In this document: in pieces, positions 1 to 9,502 of the stretch
Layout: every line of letters starts with the position of its first letter
Position numbering within the stretch: position 1 is the stretch's first letter
Assembly (NCBI GenBank): GCA_041687695.1
Contig: JAWLBL010000042.1
Location: 1-47,705, forward strand
Direction: 5' to 3'
DNA: 47,705 bases
Origin: Myxococcota bacterium
GTDB taxonomy: Bacteria > Myxococcota_A > UBA9042 > PHBI01 > JAWLBL01
Translations under genes and position numbers: made by a program
Notes under the pieces: generated by a model
Database searches by the model: none
Told to the model about the DNA's origin: nothing
Seen by the model: the letters and a program-made list of their open reading frames with translations, nothing else

Positions 1-32
1 CGATCCCAGGGCGGCGGTCGGTGCCGACCATT

Positions 33-474
33 CCGGGCCGGCTGGAAGAGGGTGTCGTATTGATGCCGGCTGAGCCGGCGATGGAGTGCTCCGGCTTGCT
101 GGAGCCCCGGCCCCGGCGGCTTGCCGCCGGGATCTGGCCGCCAACCCGGCGCAGCAAGCTGCGCCGAAGCGGGGCTCCGGCAAGCCGGAGCACTCCGGTT
201 GGGCTTTTGCGACACCCTCTGGAAGCCGGCGATCCCAGGGGGCCCGGCGCGTGCGTGGTCGCTCCGCCGGGCCGGCTGGAAGAGGGTGTCGCATGGGTAC
301 CGGAGAAGGCGGCCCTGGAGTGCTCCAGCTTGCTGGAGCCCCGGCCCCGGCGGCTTGCCGCCGGGATCTGGCCGCCAACCCGGCGCAGCAAGCTGCGCCG
401 AAGCGGGGCTCCGGCAAGCCGGAGCACTCCGGTTGGGCTTCTGCGACACCCTCTGGAAGCCGGCGATCCCAGGG
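33..474. repeat. Two tandem copies (234-bp period) of a nested-palindrome REP/REPIN-like element; the tail of a further copy is at the window start
   Basis: GGAGTGCTCC(G/A)GCTTGCTGGAGCCCC at 83 and 317 pairs with GGGGCTCCGGCAAGCCGGAGCACTCC ending at 196 and 430. Inner hairpins are CCGGCGGC-TT-GCCGCCGG and CGGCGCAGC-AA-GCTGCGCCG. Outer arms are CCGGCTGGAAGAGGGTGTCG and CGACACCCTCTGGAAGCCGG. Confidence 0.85.
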
Positions 475-510
475 GGGCACCCATCGGGCCGCTGAGGTCG
501 GGCTGGGCCC

Positions 511-560
511 TGGAGTGCCTGCGCTAGCGCGGGCTCGTTGGCTTGCAGAGCCTGCGGCGC
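511..560. repeat. Partial copy of the dispersed GGAGTG-footed palindromic repeat also found at 42283 and 47241
   Basis: TGGAGTGCCTGCGCTAGCGCGGGCTCGTTGG...GCGGCGC closely matches 42339-42388. Confidence 0.8.
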
Positions 561-567
561 CCTCTGC

Positions 568-945
568 TCAGTGGGCCTCCTCGTAGTCGACCTCTTCGAC
601 GACGGCGAGGATGAGCTTGGTGTCGAGCAGGCGCAGGTCGGCGTCCCAGGGGACGCGGACGCCGGCGTCCTTGGGGAAGAGGATGAAGGCGCCGGCGGGG
701 ACCCCGGAGACGTTCTCGCCCAGGCCGGCCTCGTCGTCGGGGTTGGCGCGGGCGACCTCGATCACCTCGCCGTACAGGGCGTCCTGGTGCTTCTCGGCGA
801 CGCCCTGGGGCAGGAAGAGGCCGCCCGCGGTGCGGTCCTCGCCGTGGTGGACGCGGACCAGCACGCGCAGGCCGAGGGGCTGGATGTGGCGGATGCGGCG
901 CTTGGGAGCGTCGGTCGCGGCGGCTGGGGTGGGCTTCTTGGACAT
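568..945 (-). CDS. groES: GroES/Cpn10-family co-chaperonin (divergent; no groEL in window)
   Basis: IQPLGLRVLV start motif, TAGGLFLP mobile loop, GEVIEV, and C-terminal ILAVV; 125 aa. Confidence 0.8.
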   Translation of the reverse strand: MSKKPTPAAATDAPKRRIRHIQPLGLRVLVRVHHGEDRTAGGLFLPQGVAEKHQDALYGEVIEVARANPDDEAGLGENVSGVPAGAFILFPKDAGVRVPWDADLRLLDTKLILAVVEEVDYEEAH

Positions 946-975
946 GTGGGAGGCTCGTTACGGCAGGCTGGAGGG

Positions 976-3366
976 TCAGCCGGGCTCGGCGGTCTCTTTG
1001 ACGACCTTGCGGGCGAGGCCGCGGTAGCGGCGCAGGGTCTGGGCGACGAGATCGTGGATCTCGGCGGCGGGGCGGCCAGTCATCATCGACAGGCCCTGGT
1101 CGACGTCGTCGATGGGGTAGACGTGGAAGCGGCCCTCGGCGATGGCTTCGCGGACCTCGTTCTTGAGCATCAGGTGGCGGACGTTGGCCGAGGGGATGAG
1201 GCAGCCCTGGGTGCCGGTCAGGCCGCGCTCTCGGCAGAGCTCGAAGAAGCCCTCGATCTTCTCGTTGATGCCGCCGACCGCCTGGACCGAGCCGTGCTGG
1301 TTGACGGCGCCGGTGACCGCCAGATCCTGCCGCAGCGGCAGGTCGGCGAGGCTCGAGACGACCGCGTACAGCTCGGCGGCCGAGGCCGAGTCGCCGTCGA
1401 CGTAGGAGTAGGACTGCTCCATGGTCAGGGTGACCGCGAGCGACAGCGGGCCCTCGTCGTGGTAGCGGCCGCCCAGCCAGCCCTGCAGGATGAGGACGCC
1501 CTTGTTGTGGATGCTGCCCGACAGGCGGGCCTCGCGCTCGACGTTGACGATGCCGAACTTGCCCGGGTAGGTGCGGGCGCTGATGCGGACGGGTTTGCCG
1601 AACTCGAAGTCGCCGCTGGCGTAGACCGACAGGCCGTTGATGATGCCGACCCGCTCGCCTTCCGTGCTGATGATCAGCTGCTCTTCGAGGATGGACTCGA
1701 GCATCTTGCGGGCGAGCAGGCCCTCGCGCTCCTCGCGGCCGAGGACCGCGGCGCGGACGTGCTCGCGGGTGACGCGGTCGGCGCCGGCCTCGTGGGCGCG
1801 GTAGTCGGCCTCGATGAGCAGGTTGGCGATGTCGTTGAAGCGCAGGGTCAGCCGGCCCTGGTCGGCGACCATGCGGCTGGCCTGCTCGACCACCGCCGCC
1901 ACGCCGTCGCGGTCGACCGAGCGCAGGCGCTCGTTCTTGCAGGTGGTGGCGACGAAGCGGGCGACCTCGTACTCGGTCTGCTCGTCGCGGTGGATCTCGG
2001 CGTCGAACTCGGCCTTGAGCTGGAAGTACTTGCGGAAGTCCTCGTCGGCGTGGAACAGCAAGTCGTAGTGGTGCATCGGGCCGATGAGGATGATCTTCAG
2101 ATCGATGGGGATGGGCAGCGGGCGCATCCCGGTGGTCGGCACGAAGGTCATCTGCTCGCCGATGTCCTCGATGGCGACCTCTCGGTTCCTCAGGACCGCC
2201 TTGAGGTTGTCCCAGACCATCGGCTGGCGGAACAGATCCACGGTGTTGAGCACCAGGTAGCCGCCGTTGGCCAGCGCGACGGCGCCGGCGCGGATGAGGC
2301 TGAGGTCGCTGGCGTACATGCCCTGCTCGACGCGCTTTTCGACCTTGCCGAACAGGTTGTAATAGGTCGGGTGGTTCTCGAAGATGACCGGCGCGCCCTC
2401 GGTCTCGGAGTTGTCGACGAAGACGTTGACGATGTAGCGCTGCGCCATCGCCTGGCGCGCCTCCTCGGTCTCCTCGGACTCGTCCTCGGCGGGCAGAAAG
2501 CGCGCGATGTTGCGCATCACGTCGTCTTCGAGGGCGTCGATGAAGACCAGGACCTCCTCGTGGTCGCTCCAGGCCTCGCGCAGGGCGGTGAAGCGCGGCC
2601 CGGCGACCCCGGTGCCCAGCTCTTTCTGGGCTTCCTGGATCTGCTCGGTCGCGGTGACCTGGATGTCGCGCGCGCGCTCCAAGAACACGCTGATGAGCGG
2701 CTCGACCTTCTCGCGCTTGGCCTCGATGCGGCGGCGGCTGCGCTCGGGCAGCTCCATGACCTCCTTGTTCGACAGCAGCTGCCCCTTGACCACCGGGATG
2801 GTGACCAGGCCGTTCTTGGTGGGGCGCACCGAGAAGCCGTGCTTGTCGGCCTGCTTGGCCATCTGGTTGAAGGCGTCGTTCTCGGCGTCGACCGACGAGT
2901 TCAGGATGCGCTGGATCTTCTCCTGGTGCTCCTTGGCGTGGAAGGCGCGCGGCAGCTCGCCCAGCAGCTCCTCGACCAGGCCTTCGACCTCTTTGGCGAA
3001 CTTCTCGCCCGCGCCCGACGGCAGCTGGATGGGGTAGGGGCGGTCGGGCGTGTCGAAGTCGTTGACGTAGACCCAGTCGGGCGGGACCGGGCGCGTCGGG
3101 GCGACCTTGGCGAGCAGGTTCTTGACGATGGTGGTGCGGCCGGTGCCGCTGACGCCGCTGACGTAGATGTTGTAGGTGCGGCGGTGGATGGCCAGGCCCA
3201 GCTCGAGGGCGCGGGTGGCGCGGTCCTGCTCGACCACGCCCTCGAAGACCTCGAGGTCGTCGGTCGAGTCGAAGTCGAGGCGGGCGACGGCGCTGGGGCG
3301 CCAGACCTGGTCGGCGGTCAGGGCGCGGACGGCGGGCGCGGCGGCGGCGGATTTCTTCTTGGGCAT
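976..3366 (-). CDS. Lon-like (LonC / AAA_32-type) S16 protease
   Basis: Catalytic Ser in VDGDSASAAEL and Lys in GGINEKIEGF; PPDWVYVNDF and ANGGYLVL motifs; Walker-A-like GVSGTGRTT; coiled-coil insertion. Confidence 0.9.
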   Translation of the reverse strand: MPKKKSAAAAPAVRALTADQVWRPSAVARLDFDSTDDLEVFEGVVEQDRATRALELGLAIHRRTYNIYVSGVSGTGRTTIVKNLLAKVAPTRPVPPDWVYVNDFDTPDRPYPIQLPSGAGEKFAKEVEGLVEELLGELPRAFHAKEHQEKIQRILNSSVDAENDAFNQMAKQADKHGFSVRPTKNGLVTIPVVKGQLLSNKEVMELPERSRRRIEAKREKVEPLISVFLERARDIQVTATEQIQEAQKELGTGVAGPRFTALREAWSDHEEVLVFIDALEDDVMRNIARFLPAEDESEETEEARQAMAQRYIVNVFVDNSETEGAPVIFENHPTYYNLFGKVEKRVEQGMYASDLSLIRAGAVALANGGYLVLNTVDLFRQPMVWDNLKAVLRNREVAIEDIGEQMTFVPTTGMRPLPIPIDLKIILIGPMHHYDLLFHADEDFRKYFQLKAEFDAEIHRDEQTEYEVARFVATTCKNERLRSVDRDGVAAVVEQASRMVADQGRLTLRFNDIANLLIEADYRAHEAGADRVTREHVRAAVLGREEREGLLARKMLESILEEQLIISTEGERVGIINGLSVYASGDFEFGKPVRISARTYPGKFGIVNVEREARLSGSIHNKGVLILQGWLGGRYHDEGPLSLAVTLTMEQSYSYVDGDSASAAELYAVVSSLADLPLRQDLAVTGAVNQHGSVQAVGGINEKIEGFFELCRERGLTGTQGCLIPSANVRHLMLKNEVREAIAEGRFHVYPIDDVDQGLSMMTGRPAAEIHDLVAQTLRRYRGLARKVVKETAEPG

Positions 3367-3395
3367 GGAGGCGCGGACCTTTCAGGGCCGAGGGA

Positions 3396-4415
3396 TCAAG
3401 GATTGCCGAGGTCGATGGAGCGCAGGTGGGCGGCGGCGTCCTCGGGCGCGGTCGGGTTCACGTAGAAGCCCGTGCCCCACTCGAAGCCGGCGAGCGACGT
3501 GACGCGCGGGAGGATCTCGAGGCGCCAGTGCCAGTCGTCGGCGAGCGACTCCCATTGGTGGGGGCGCTTGGGGACCGCGTGGGTGTTGGGCTTGTTGAGC
3601 AGGACCAGGTTGTAGCCGACGCCGTCTAGGCTCCGGCGCATGCGCGCGATGACGTGGCTCAGGTGCTCGGCCAGGACCAGGGCCTCGCCCTCGGACAGGC
3701 GGCCGAAGTCGTGGCTGTGGCGGCGCGGCATCAGCACCATCTCGAAGGGCACCCGCGAGGCGTAGGGGCAGACCGTGACGAACTGGTCGTCGACCCGGAC
3801 GACGCGCTGGCCGGCCTCTAGCTCGAAGGTGATGACGTCGCAGAAGATGCAGCGCTCCTTGGCGAGGAAGTGCTGCCGGGCGGCCTGCAGCTCGTTCTGG
3901 ACGCGCAGCGGGTAGACCGGGATGGCGACCAGCTGCGAGTGGGGGTGGTGCAGGCTGGCGCCGGCCTCGACGCCGCGGTTGCGGAAGACCTGGATGTACT
4001 TGAGGCGCACGTCGCGGCGCAGGTCGACGATGCGATCGCGCCACGACAGCAGGACCTCGGCGACCTGGCCGGTCGACATGTCGGGGAGATCGTGGTCGTG
4101 GTGGGGCGACTCGACGATGACCTCGTGGGCGCCGACGCCGGCGGCGCGGTCGTAGGGGCCGACGGCGCGGCGGTCGACCTCGCCCTCGACCTGGAGGGCC
4201 GGGAAGCGATTGGGGACCACGGTGACCGGGCCGTCGGGGCCGTGGCGGCGCGCGATGGCGCGGTGGTCGACCTCGCCGGGGCCGCACAGGGGGCAGGGGG
4301 CGTCGGTCGAGGCGGCCGGGGGGCCCTTGGGGCTGAAGTCGCTGGGGCGGCGGCCGCGCTCGGAGGCGATGATGACCCAGCGCCGCTGGATGGGATCGTG
4401 TCTCAGCTCGGACAT
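3396..4415 (-). CDS. galT: GalT-family hexose-1-phosphate nucleotidylyltransferase
   Basis: MSELRHDP...WVIIA..R..RP N-terminus, CPLC, VPNRFPAL, GAHEVIVE, catalytic GASLHHPHSQ, HWRLEILPR, and AGFEWGTG. Confidence 0.9.
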   Translation of the reverse strand: MSELRHDPIQRRWVIIASERGRRPSDFSPKGPPAASTDAPCPLCGPGEVDHRAIARRHGPDGPVTVVPNRFPALQVEGEVDRRAVGPYDRAAGVGAHEVIVESPHHDHDLPDMSTGQVAEVLLSWRDRIVDLRRDVRLKYIQVFRNRGVEAGASLHHPHSQLVAIPVYPLRVQNELQAARQHFLAKERCIFCDVITFELEAGQRVVRVDDQFVTVCPYASRVPFEMVLMPRRHSHDFGRLSEGEALVLAEHLSHVIARMRRSLDGVGYNLVLLNKPNTHAVPKRPHQWESLADDWHWRLEILPRVTSLAGFEWGTGFYVNPTAPEDAAAHLRSIDLGNP

Positions 4416-4481
4416 GAGCGTCCCTGGACCGGACGATTGCGGAGGGCGTGCGAGGGCGAGGAAGGTAGCGCCGAAGTCGGC

Positions 4482-6602
4482 TCAGGCATACCAGTTTTCC
4501 ATGGCGAGATCGCCGGCGGGGAGGGTGACGCGGGCGCTGTCCTGGGCGGGGAAGCGCTCGACGGGCTCGCCGGTCGGCGTCTCGACGACCACGGTCAGGT
4601 CGAACACGCGCACCTGGCCGGGGCGAAAGCCCAGGGCCTCGGCCGGGACGCGGGCCTCGAGCACCTGATCGCAGCCGCTCTCGGCGCCGGGGGGCTGGGC
4701 GTCGGGGGGCCAGAGGTGGACGGAGGCGACGGGGCGGCCGGGGGCGCGCAGCTCGAGGCGGACGCGGCGGTCGGACAGGGCCTCGCGGGCGGGGGCGCGG
4801 GTGTCGACGCGCAGCGACAGGGAGGTGTCGTCGAAGCCGAACAGGACCTGGGTGACCAGGGACTCGGCGCGGTGGATGGCGCCGTGCCAGGGCAGGATGC
4901 GGCCGGCGCTGATCCAGCGGTAGTAGCTGTCGCAGCGGCCGTCGAGCGGGGGGCGCAGGGGCTGCAGCGGGGGGTGGACGGCGTCGGTGGCGCGCGCGGC
5001 GCCGTGGTCCTCGATGGGGTGGCGCAGGGTCTCGGGGACGGGGCGGCCCAGGCGGGTGTAGATGGCGGCGCAGTGGGCGCGGAGCAGGGCGTCGAACTCG
5101 GCGTCGAAGGCCGAGGAGTGGCCCTCGCCGAGCCACCAGAACCAGTCGGAGGCCTCGGCGCGCATGACCAGCTCGGCCAGGGCCGGGTCGGTCTGCCAGA
5201 GCGTCTCGAGGGGCTGGGTGACCTGGTCGCGGGCCTGGGTCAGCAGCTCCCAGCCGCGGTTCTTGGCCGGGTCGCCCATCCAGGTGCGGAAGGTGCCGTC
5301 GATCCAGGAGCCGACGCCCAGATGGGGAAGGTGGGGCAGGCGGCGGTCGCCGGTGCCCACCGCGTCGAGGGCCTCGGTGAAGGTGGACAGGCGGAGATCG
5401 GGGGCGCGGGCGATGGCGCGGTACAGCTCGGGCAGGAAGGCGGTGACGCCGCCGGGGTAGGTCTCCCAGCAGTTCTCGCCGTCGAGGGCTACGGTGACGA
5501 CGCCGTCGCGGCGCAGCGAGTGGCGGACGCCCTGCAGGCGGCCTACGAAGTCCTCGGCGGCGCGGCGGGCGGGCCAGCCGGCGTAGGTGAAGCCGATGAG
5601 GTCGCTGAGCTCGTGGTGGCGGAAGAAGGCGGCGACGGTGGCGTCGCCGGTGCCGGGGGGGCCGCCGACGGTCCAGGGGCCGAAGCGCTGGTCGGGCGAG
5701 AGGTGGGCGCCGCCGACGCTCTTCATCAGGATGGCCTCGTCGGTGGCGAACCAGCGGAAGCCGGCGCCGGCGACCAGGGGGATGATCTCGGGGGCGACCG
5801 AGCCCTCGGAGGGCCACAGGCCGGCGGGCGGCTGGCCGAAGCGGGCGGCGTGGGCGGCGTGGGCGCGGGCGAGGTGCTGCTGGGCGTCGGCCGGGTGGCG
5901 GAAGCGGGTCGCGGGCAGGGGCGAGGACGGGTCGGCGCGGCGGGCCAGCTCGGTGTCGACGAGCAGCGGCAGGATGGGGTGGTAGTAGGGCGAGCAGGTC
6001 AGCTCGATCTGGCCCGCCTGGGCGAGGCGGGCGTAGCGGGGCAGGACGGCGGCGGCGGCCTCGCGGTGGACCTGGAAGAGGACGCGCTTGTCGGCCTCGT
6101 CGAAGTGCTGGCCCTTGCCGAGCAGGGGCTGCAGGGCCGGGTGGTTCTTGATGACCTCGCCGCACCAGGCGAGGTTGAACCAGACCTGCAGATCGCGCAG
6201 CTCCTGGACGGACAGGTCGGCGCCGGCGGCGACGCGGTCGCGCAGCTCGCGGTAGCGCGGCCAGGGCTCGAGCATGTTGCCCGGGTGGAGGCTGAAGAAG
6301 TGGCGCCGGATGAAGGCGCGCTCGGTCGGGGCGAGCTGGTCGGCGGGGCGCTCGGACAGGCGCCAGAAGGCCTCGCGCTGCGGGTAGTCCGGGGCGCCGA
6401 TGGCGTCGAGCTGGTCGCACAGGCCGGGGACCCAGTTGAAGGTGACCCGCGCCTCGGGGACCAGCTCGGCGACGTGCGCCATGTCGGTGTAGTCCTTGAG
6501 GGCGTGCAGGCGCACCCAGGGCATGATCACGGTGCCGGTCGTCGGATCGCGGTACGACGGCTGGTGCATGTGCCACAGGAAGCAGACGTGGAGCGTGGGC
6601 AT
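4482..6602 (-). CDS. Glycoside hydrolase family 57 (amylopullulanase-like)
   Basis: FLWHMHQP, PYYHPILPLL, GLWPSEGSV (nucleophile Glu), ALDGENCWE (acid/base Asp), and AEASDWFWW. Confidence 0.9.
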   Translation of the reverse strand: MPTLHVCFLWHMHQPSYRDPTTGTVIMPWVRLHALKDYTDMAHVAELVPEARVTFNWVPGLCDQLDAIGAPDYPQREAFWRLSERPADQLAPTERAFIRRHFFSLHPGNMLEPWPRYRELRDRVAAGADLSVQELRDLQVWFNLAWCGEVIKNHPALQPLLGKGQHFDEADKRVLFQVHREAAAAVLPRYARLAQAGQIELTCSPYYHPILPLLVDTELARRADPSSPLPATRFRHPADAQQHLARAHAAHAARFGQPPAGLWPSEGSVAPEIIPLVAGAGFRWFATDEAILMKSVGGAHLSPDQRFGPWTVGGPPGTGDATVAAFFRHHELSDLIGFTYAGWPARRAAEDFVGRLQGVRHSLRRDGVVTVALDGENCWETYPGGVTAFLPELYRAIARAPDLRLSTFTEALDAVGTGDRRLPHLPHLGVGSWIDGTFRTWMGDPAKNRGWELLTQARDQVTQPLETLWQTDPALAELVMRAEASDWFWWLGEGHSSAFDAEFDALLRAHCAAIYTRLGRPVPETLRHPIEDHGAARATDAVHPPLQPLRPPLDGRCDSYYRWISAGRILPWHGAIHRAESLVTQVLFGFDDTSLSLRVDTRAPAREALSDRRVRLELRAPGRPVASVHLWPPDAQPPGAESGCDQVLEARVPAEALGFRPGQVRVFDLTVVVETPTGEPVERFPAQDSARVTLPAGDLAMENWYA

Positions 6603-6656
6603 GACCTGTCCTCGAGCGGGGGGAGGGTGGCCAGGATGGCACGAACGCTCGGGGCG

Positions 6657-7559
6657 TCAGGAGGATCCGACGCGGACGCGGGCGACGCCGAGGCGCTGGC
6701 CGTCGGGGCCGAGGACCTCGCAGCTCCAGGCGCCGGTGCCGCCGACGTTCAGGCGCTGGCGCGACCAGGTGCGCCACGAGGGGCTGCGGCCGACCGACAG
6801 CTCGACCCGCGAGACGACGCGATCGCCGTGGCGCCAGACGTGGGTGACCGTGGTGTCGGCGTCGCTGCCGAAGGCGGTGAAGCACATCAGCAGCTCGGGG
6901 ACGGCCTTGTAGCGCTGGGCGACGTTGACGGGCTTGCGGGCCTTGATCTCGGTGGCGATGGCGAGATCGATGAGGCGCGGGCGGCCGTCGGGCCAGATCT
7001 CGACCCCGGGGCGGAGGGCTTCGCCGGCGCCAGCGGGGGGCAGGGGCTCGCGTTTCGGCTCGCGCGGGGTGTCGCGGGGCGCGGCGGGCGCGGCGGACGT
7101 GGCGGGGCGGGCCGCCTTGGGGCGCGGGGCGAGATCGGGATCGGGCAGGTCACGGGCGGCCGGATCGTCCGCCAGCTTGCGCACGTCGTCGGCGCGCAGG
7201 GCGCGGGCGGCGTGGGGGGCGGACTCGACGACGATGGCGTCGGGGTCGGCGGCCGGCGGGGCGTTGGCGGCGGCGCGCTTGGCGCGGGCCTCGGCGATGG
7301 CGCGGCGCTCGCCTTCGGAGAGGTGGGGCGCGGGCGGCGCGGGCGCCTGGGGCGAAGCGGCAGGGCGGGACGCGGCGTCGGCGGGCGCGGCGGGGTTCGC
7401 GTCGGAAGGCGTGCCGGCCTGGACGGCGGCGGCGGGGACGTCGGCTTCGGCGTCCTCGGAGGCGCAGGCGGATCCCAGCGCGGCGGCGCAGACGGCGCCG
7501 AGCAGCGACAGGGCGAAGAGGCCCGGACGGGGGGCCGTGATGGGGTGACGGGAGACCAT
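6657..7559 (-). CDS. Putative lipoprotein with Pro/Ala-rich linker and C-terminal DUF2914-like domain
   Basis: Hydrophobic signal ending LGSAC; C-terminal CFT...VTHVW...VEL.VG.S..WRTWS...G.W.CEV pattern. Confidence 0.65.
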   Translation of the reverse strand: MVSRHPITAPRPGLFALSLLGAVCAAALGSACASEDAEADVPAAAVQAGTPSDANPAAPADAASRPAASPQAPAPPAPHLSEGERRAIAEARAKRAAANAPPAADPDAIVVESAPHAARALRADDVRKLADDPAARDLPDPDLAPRPKAARPATSAAPAAPRDTPREPKREPLPPAGAGEALRPGVEIWPDGRPRLIDLAIATEIKARKPVNVAQRYKAVPELLMCFTAFGSDADTTVTHVWRHGDRVVSRVELSVGRSPSWRTWSRQRLNVGGTGAWSCEVLGPDGQRLGVARVRVGSS

Positions 7560-7655
7560 TTGGATTTGATTGCGCCAGCGTCGACGTGGCGCTACAAGGC
7601 GCGCGCAGGTTCCAGCAGACCGGGCGAGCCCCCTACTCCGGGCAGGTCGAGCGAG

Positions 7656-8060
7656 ATGTCAGCCGGCGATCGGAAAGATGCACCGCGTGCGGCGCAGGCC
7701 ACGTTTGAGCACACGCTGACCGTGCGTGCAACCAACCGGGACGAAGTCCTGGGCCAGGTGGCGCGTGCGGCGCGGGTGAGCTGCCCGACGCTGGACGCCG
7801 AGGCGCTGGCCGCGTGCCTGCGGGCGCGGGAGGCCGAGCGGTCGACGGCGGTGGGGGGGCGGATGGCGCTGCCCCACGCGGCGATCGAGGGGCTCGAGGA
7901 GCCGGTGCTGGTGGACGTGACGCTGGCGCGGCCGGTCGCGTGGGGCGAGGGCGGCGCGCCGGTCGAGCGGTGCGTGGCGGTGCTGGTGCCGCCGCGGCGG
8001 CCCAGCGTGCACCTGGAGGCGTTGGCGCGGGCGGCGCGGCGCATGGGGGCGGGATCGTGA
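7656..8060 (+). CDS. Stand-alone PTS IIA (Fru/Mtl/Ntr-type) domain protein
   Basis: 3' end of ORF 3870..8060; RE.ERSTAVGGRMALPHA carries the phospho-His motif; HLEALA; ATG at 7656. Confidence 0.75.
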   Translation: MSAGDRKDAPRAAQATFEHTLTVRATNRDEVLGQVARAARVSCPTLDAEALAACLRAREAERSTAVGGRMALPHAAIEGLEEPVLVDVTLARPVAWGEGGAPVERCVAVLVPPRRPSVHLEALARAARRMGAGS

Positions 8061-8182
8061 TCACGGCGGGGTTGGGAGGGCTGGTGGGCCTGGCGTTCCT
8101 GCTGGGGACGGCGACCGCCACCCCGCCGCTGCTGTTCGGGCCGGCGCTGGCCGTCGGGCTGGCCTGGGTGCTGACGCGCTGA
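8057..8182 (+). CDS. Putative 41-aa small membrane protein
   Basis: GTG start overlaps the PTS IIA stop (GTGA). The sequence VITAGLGGLVGLAFLLGTATATPPLLFGPALAVGLAWVLTR has two hydrophobic segments. Confidence 0.4.
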   Translation: MITAGLGGLVGLAFLLGTATATPPLLFGPALAVGLAWVLTR

Positions 8183-8248
8183 CGAAGGGCTTGGAATGCC
8201 GGGCGCGGTCGTCTGTTTCAGGCGGCGTCCCGTCCGGTGGGTGAGGCG

Positions 8249-9502
8249 ATGTCCGCGAGTCCGCAACGACCGTCCCTGAGCCTGGTCCCTGCCGCGCGTG
8301 AGCGGCTGGACGAGGCCGAGGCCTTCACGCTGCAGCTGGGCGTGGCCCTTCACCGCTACGGGGTGCCTTCGCACCGGCTGGAGGCGGCGCTGTCGCAGGT
8401 GGCGCAGCGGCTGGGCGTCACGGGGGCCTTCTTCTCGATGCCGACCGGGCTCATCGTGGCCTTCGGCGACGGGGCCGAGCAGCGCACGCGGGTGGAGCGG
8501 GTCGAGCCGGGCGAGCTGGACCTGGGCAAGCAGGGCGCGCTGGACGAGGTGGCGCGCGAGGTGGGCGAGGGCGTCATGTCGCCGGCCGAGGGGGCGCGGC
8601 GCATCGAGGCCATCGTGTCGCGGCCGCCGCCGTACGGCAGGCTGACGACGACGGTGGCCTTCGCGGTGGCCTCGGCGACGGCGGTCATGTACCTGGGCGG
8701 CGGCTTCGGCGACATGCTGGCCTGCCTGGGCATCGGCGTAGTCATCAGCGGGCTGGCGACCCTGGCCGGGCGCTCGCCGTCGCTGGGGCGGCTGTTCGAG
8801 GCGGCGGCCGCGCTGACGTGCGCGCTGCTGGCCAAGGGGCTGGCGTCGCTGGGGCTCGTGACCGCGCTGCACTCGGTCATCGTGGCGGGGCTCATCGTGC
8901 TGCTGCCGGGGCTCAGCCTGACGACGGCGCTCAACGAGCTGGCGATGCGGCACCTGGTGGCCGGCACGGCGCGGCTGGCCAACGCCTGCGTGGTCTTCGT
9001 GCAGCTGGGCTTCGGCGTCGCGCTGGGGCTGCAGCTGGGCAACCTGTGGCCGCCGGCGCCCGCGGTGGCGCTGTCGCCGGTGCCGGCGTGGCTGCCCTGG
9101 GTCGCGCTGCCGCTGGCCGCCTGGCCCTTCATGGTGCTGTTCCGGGCGCGGCGCAGGGATCTGTGGCCCATCGTGGCGTCGGGCTTCCTGGCGGTCGGCG
9201 GGGCCAAGCTGGGCGCGGCGCTGCTGGGCCCGATGCTGGGCGGCTTCCTGGGGGCGCTGATGGTCGGCCTGGGCAGCAACGCCTGGGCGCGCTACACGCG
9301 GCGCCCGGCGGCCAGCACCCTGGTGCCGGGCCTCATCCTGCTGGTCCCCGGGTCGCTGGGCATGACCAGCCTCCGCTCGCTGCTCGAGCGCAACGTCATC
9401 GGCGGCGTCGAGACCGCCTTCACCATGACCCTGGTCGCCATCGCCCTGGTCGCCGGGCTGCTCATCGCCAACGCCCTGCTGCCCGCGCGACGCAGCCTGT
9501 AA
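8249..9502 (+). CDS. ThrE-family threonine/serine exporter
   Basis: LG.ALH.YG.P.HRLE, LIVLLPGLSLT.A..ELA...LV.G..RL, and PGLILLVPGS; about 10 TM segments. Confidence 0.85.
   Translation: MSASPQRPSLSLVPAARERLDEAEAFTLQLGVALHRYGVPSHRLEAALSQVAQRLGVTGAFFSMPTGLIVAFGDGAEQRTRVERVEPGELDLGKQGALDEVAREVGEGVMSPAEGARRIEAIVSRPPPYGRLTTTVAFAVASATAVMYLGGGFGDMLACLGIGVVISGLATLAGRSPSLGRLFEAAAALTCALLAKGLASLGLVTALHSVIVAGLIVLLPGLSLTTALNELAMRHLVAGTARLANACVVFVQLGFGVALGLQLGNLWPPAPAVALSPVPAWLPWVALPLAAWPFMVLFRARRRDLWPIVASGFLAVGGAKLGAALLGPMLGGFLGALMVGLGSNAWARYTRRPAASTLVPGLILLVPGSLGMTSLRSLLERNVIGGVETAFTMTLVAIALVAGLLIANALLPARRSL

Noticed and set aside
21..586. ORFs 21..527, 86..586 and 121..495
   Set aside because: They are translations of the palindromic repeat with no protein-like features.
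538..3465. 975-aa + strand ORF (and most of 3870..8060)
   Set aside because: Antisense shadows of the Lon, GroES, GalT and GH57 genes, as expected in high-GC DNA. Only 7656-8060 looks real.
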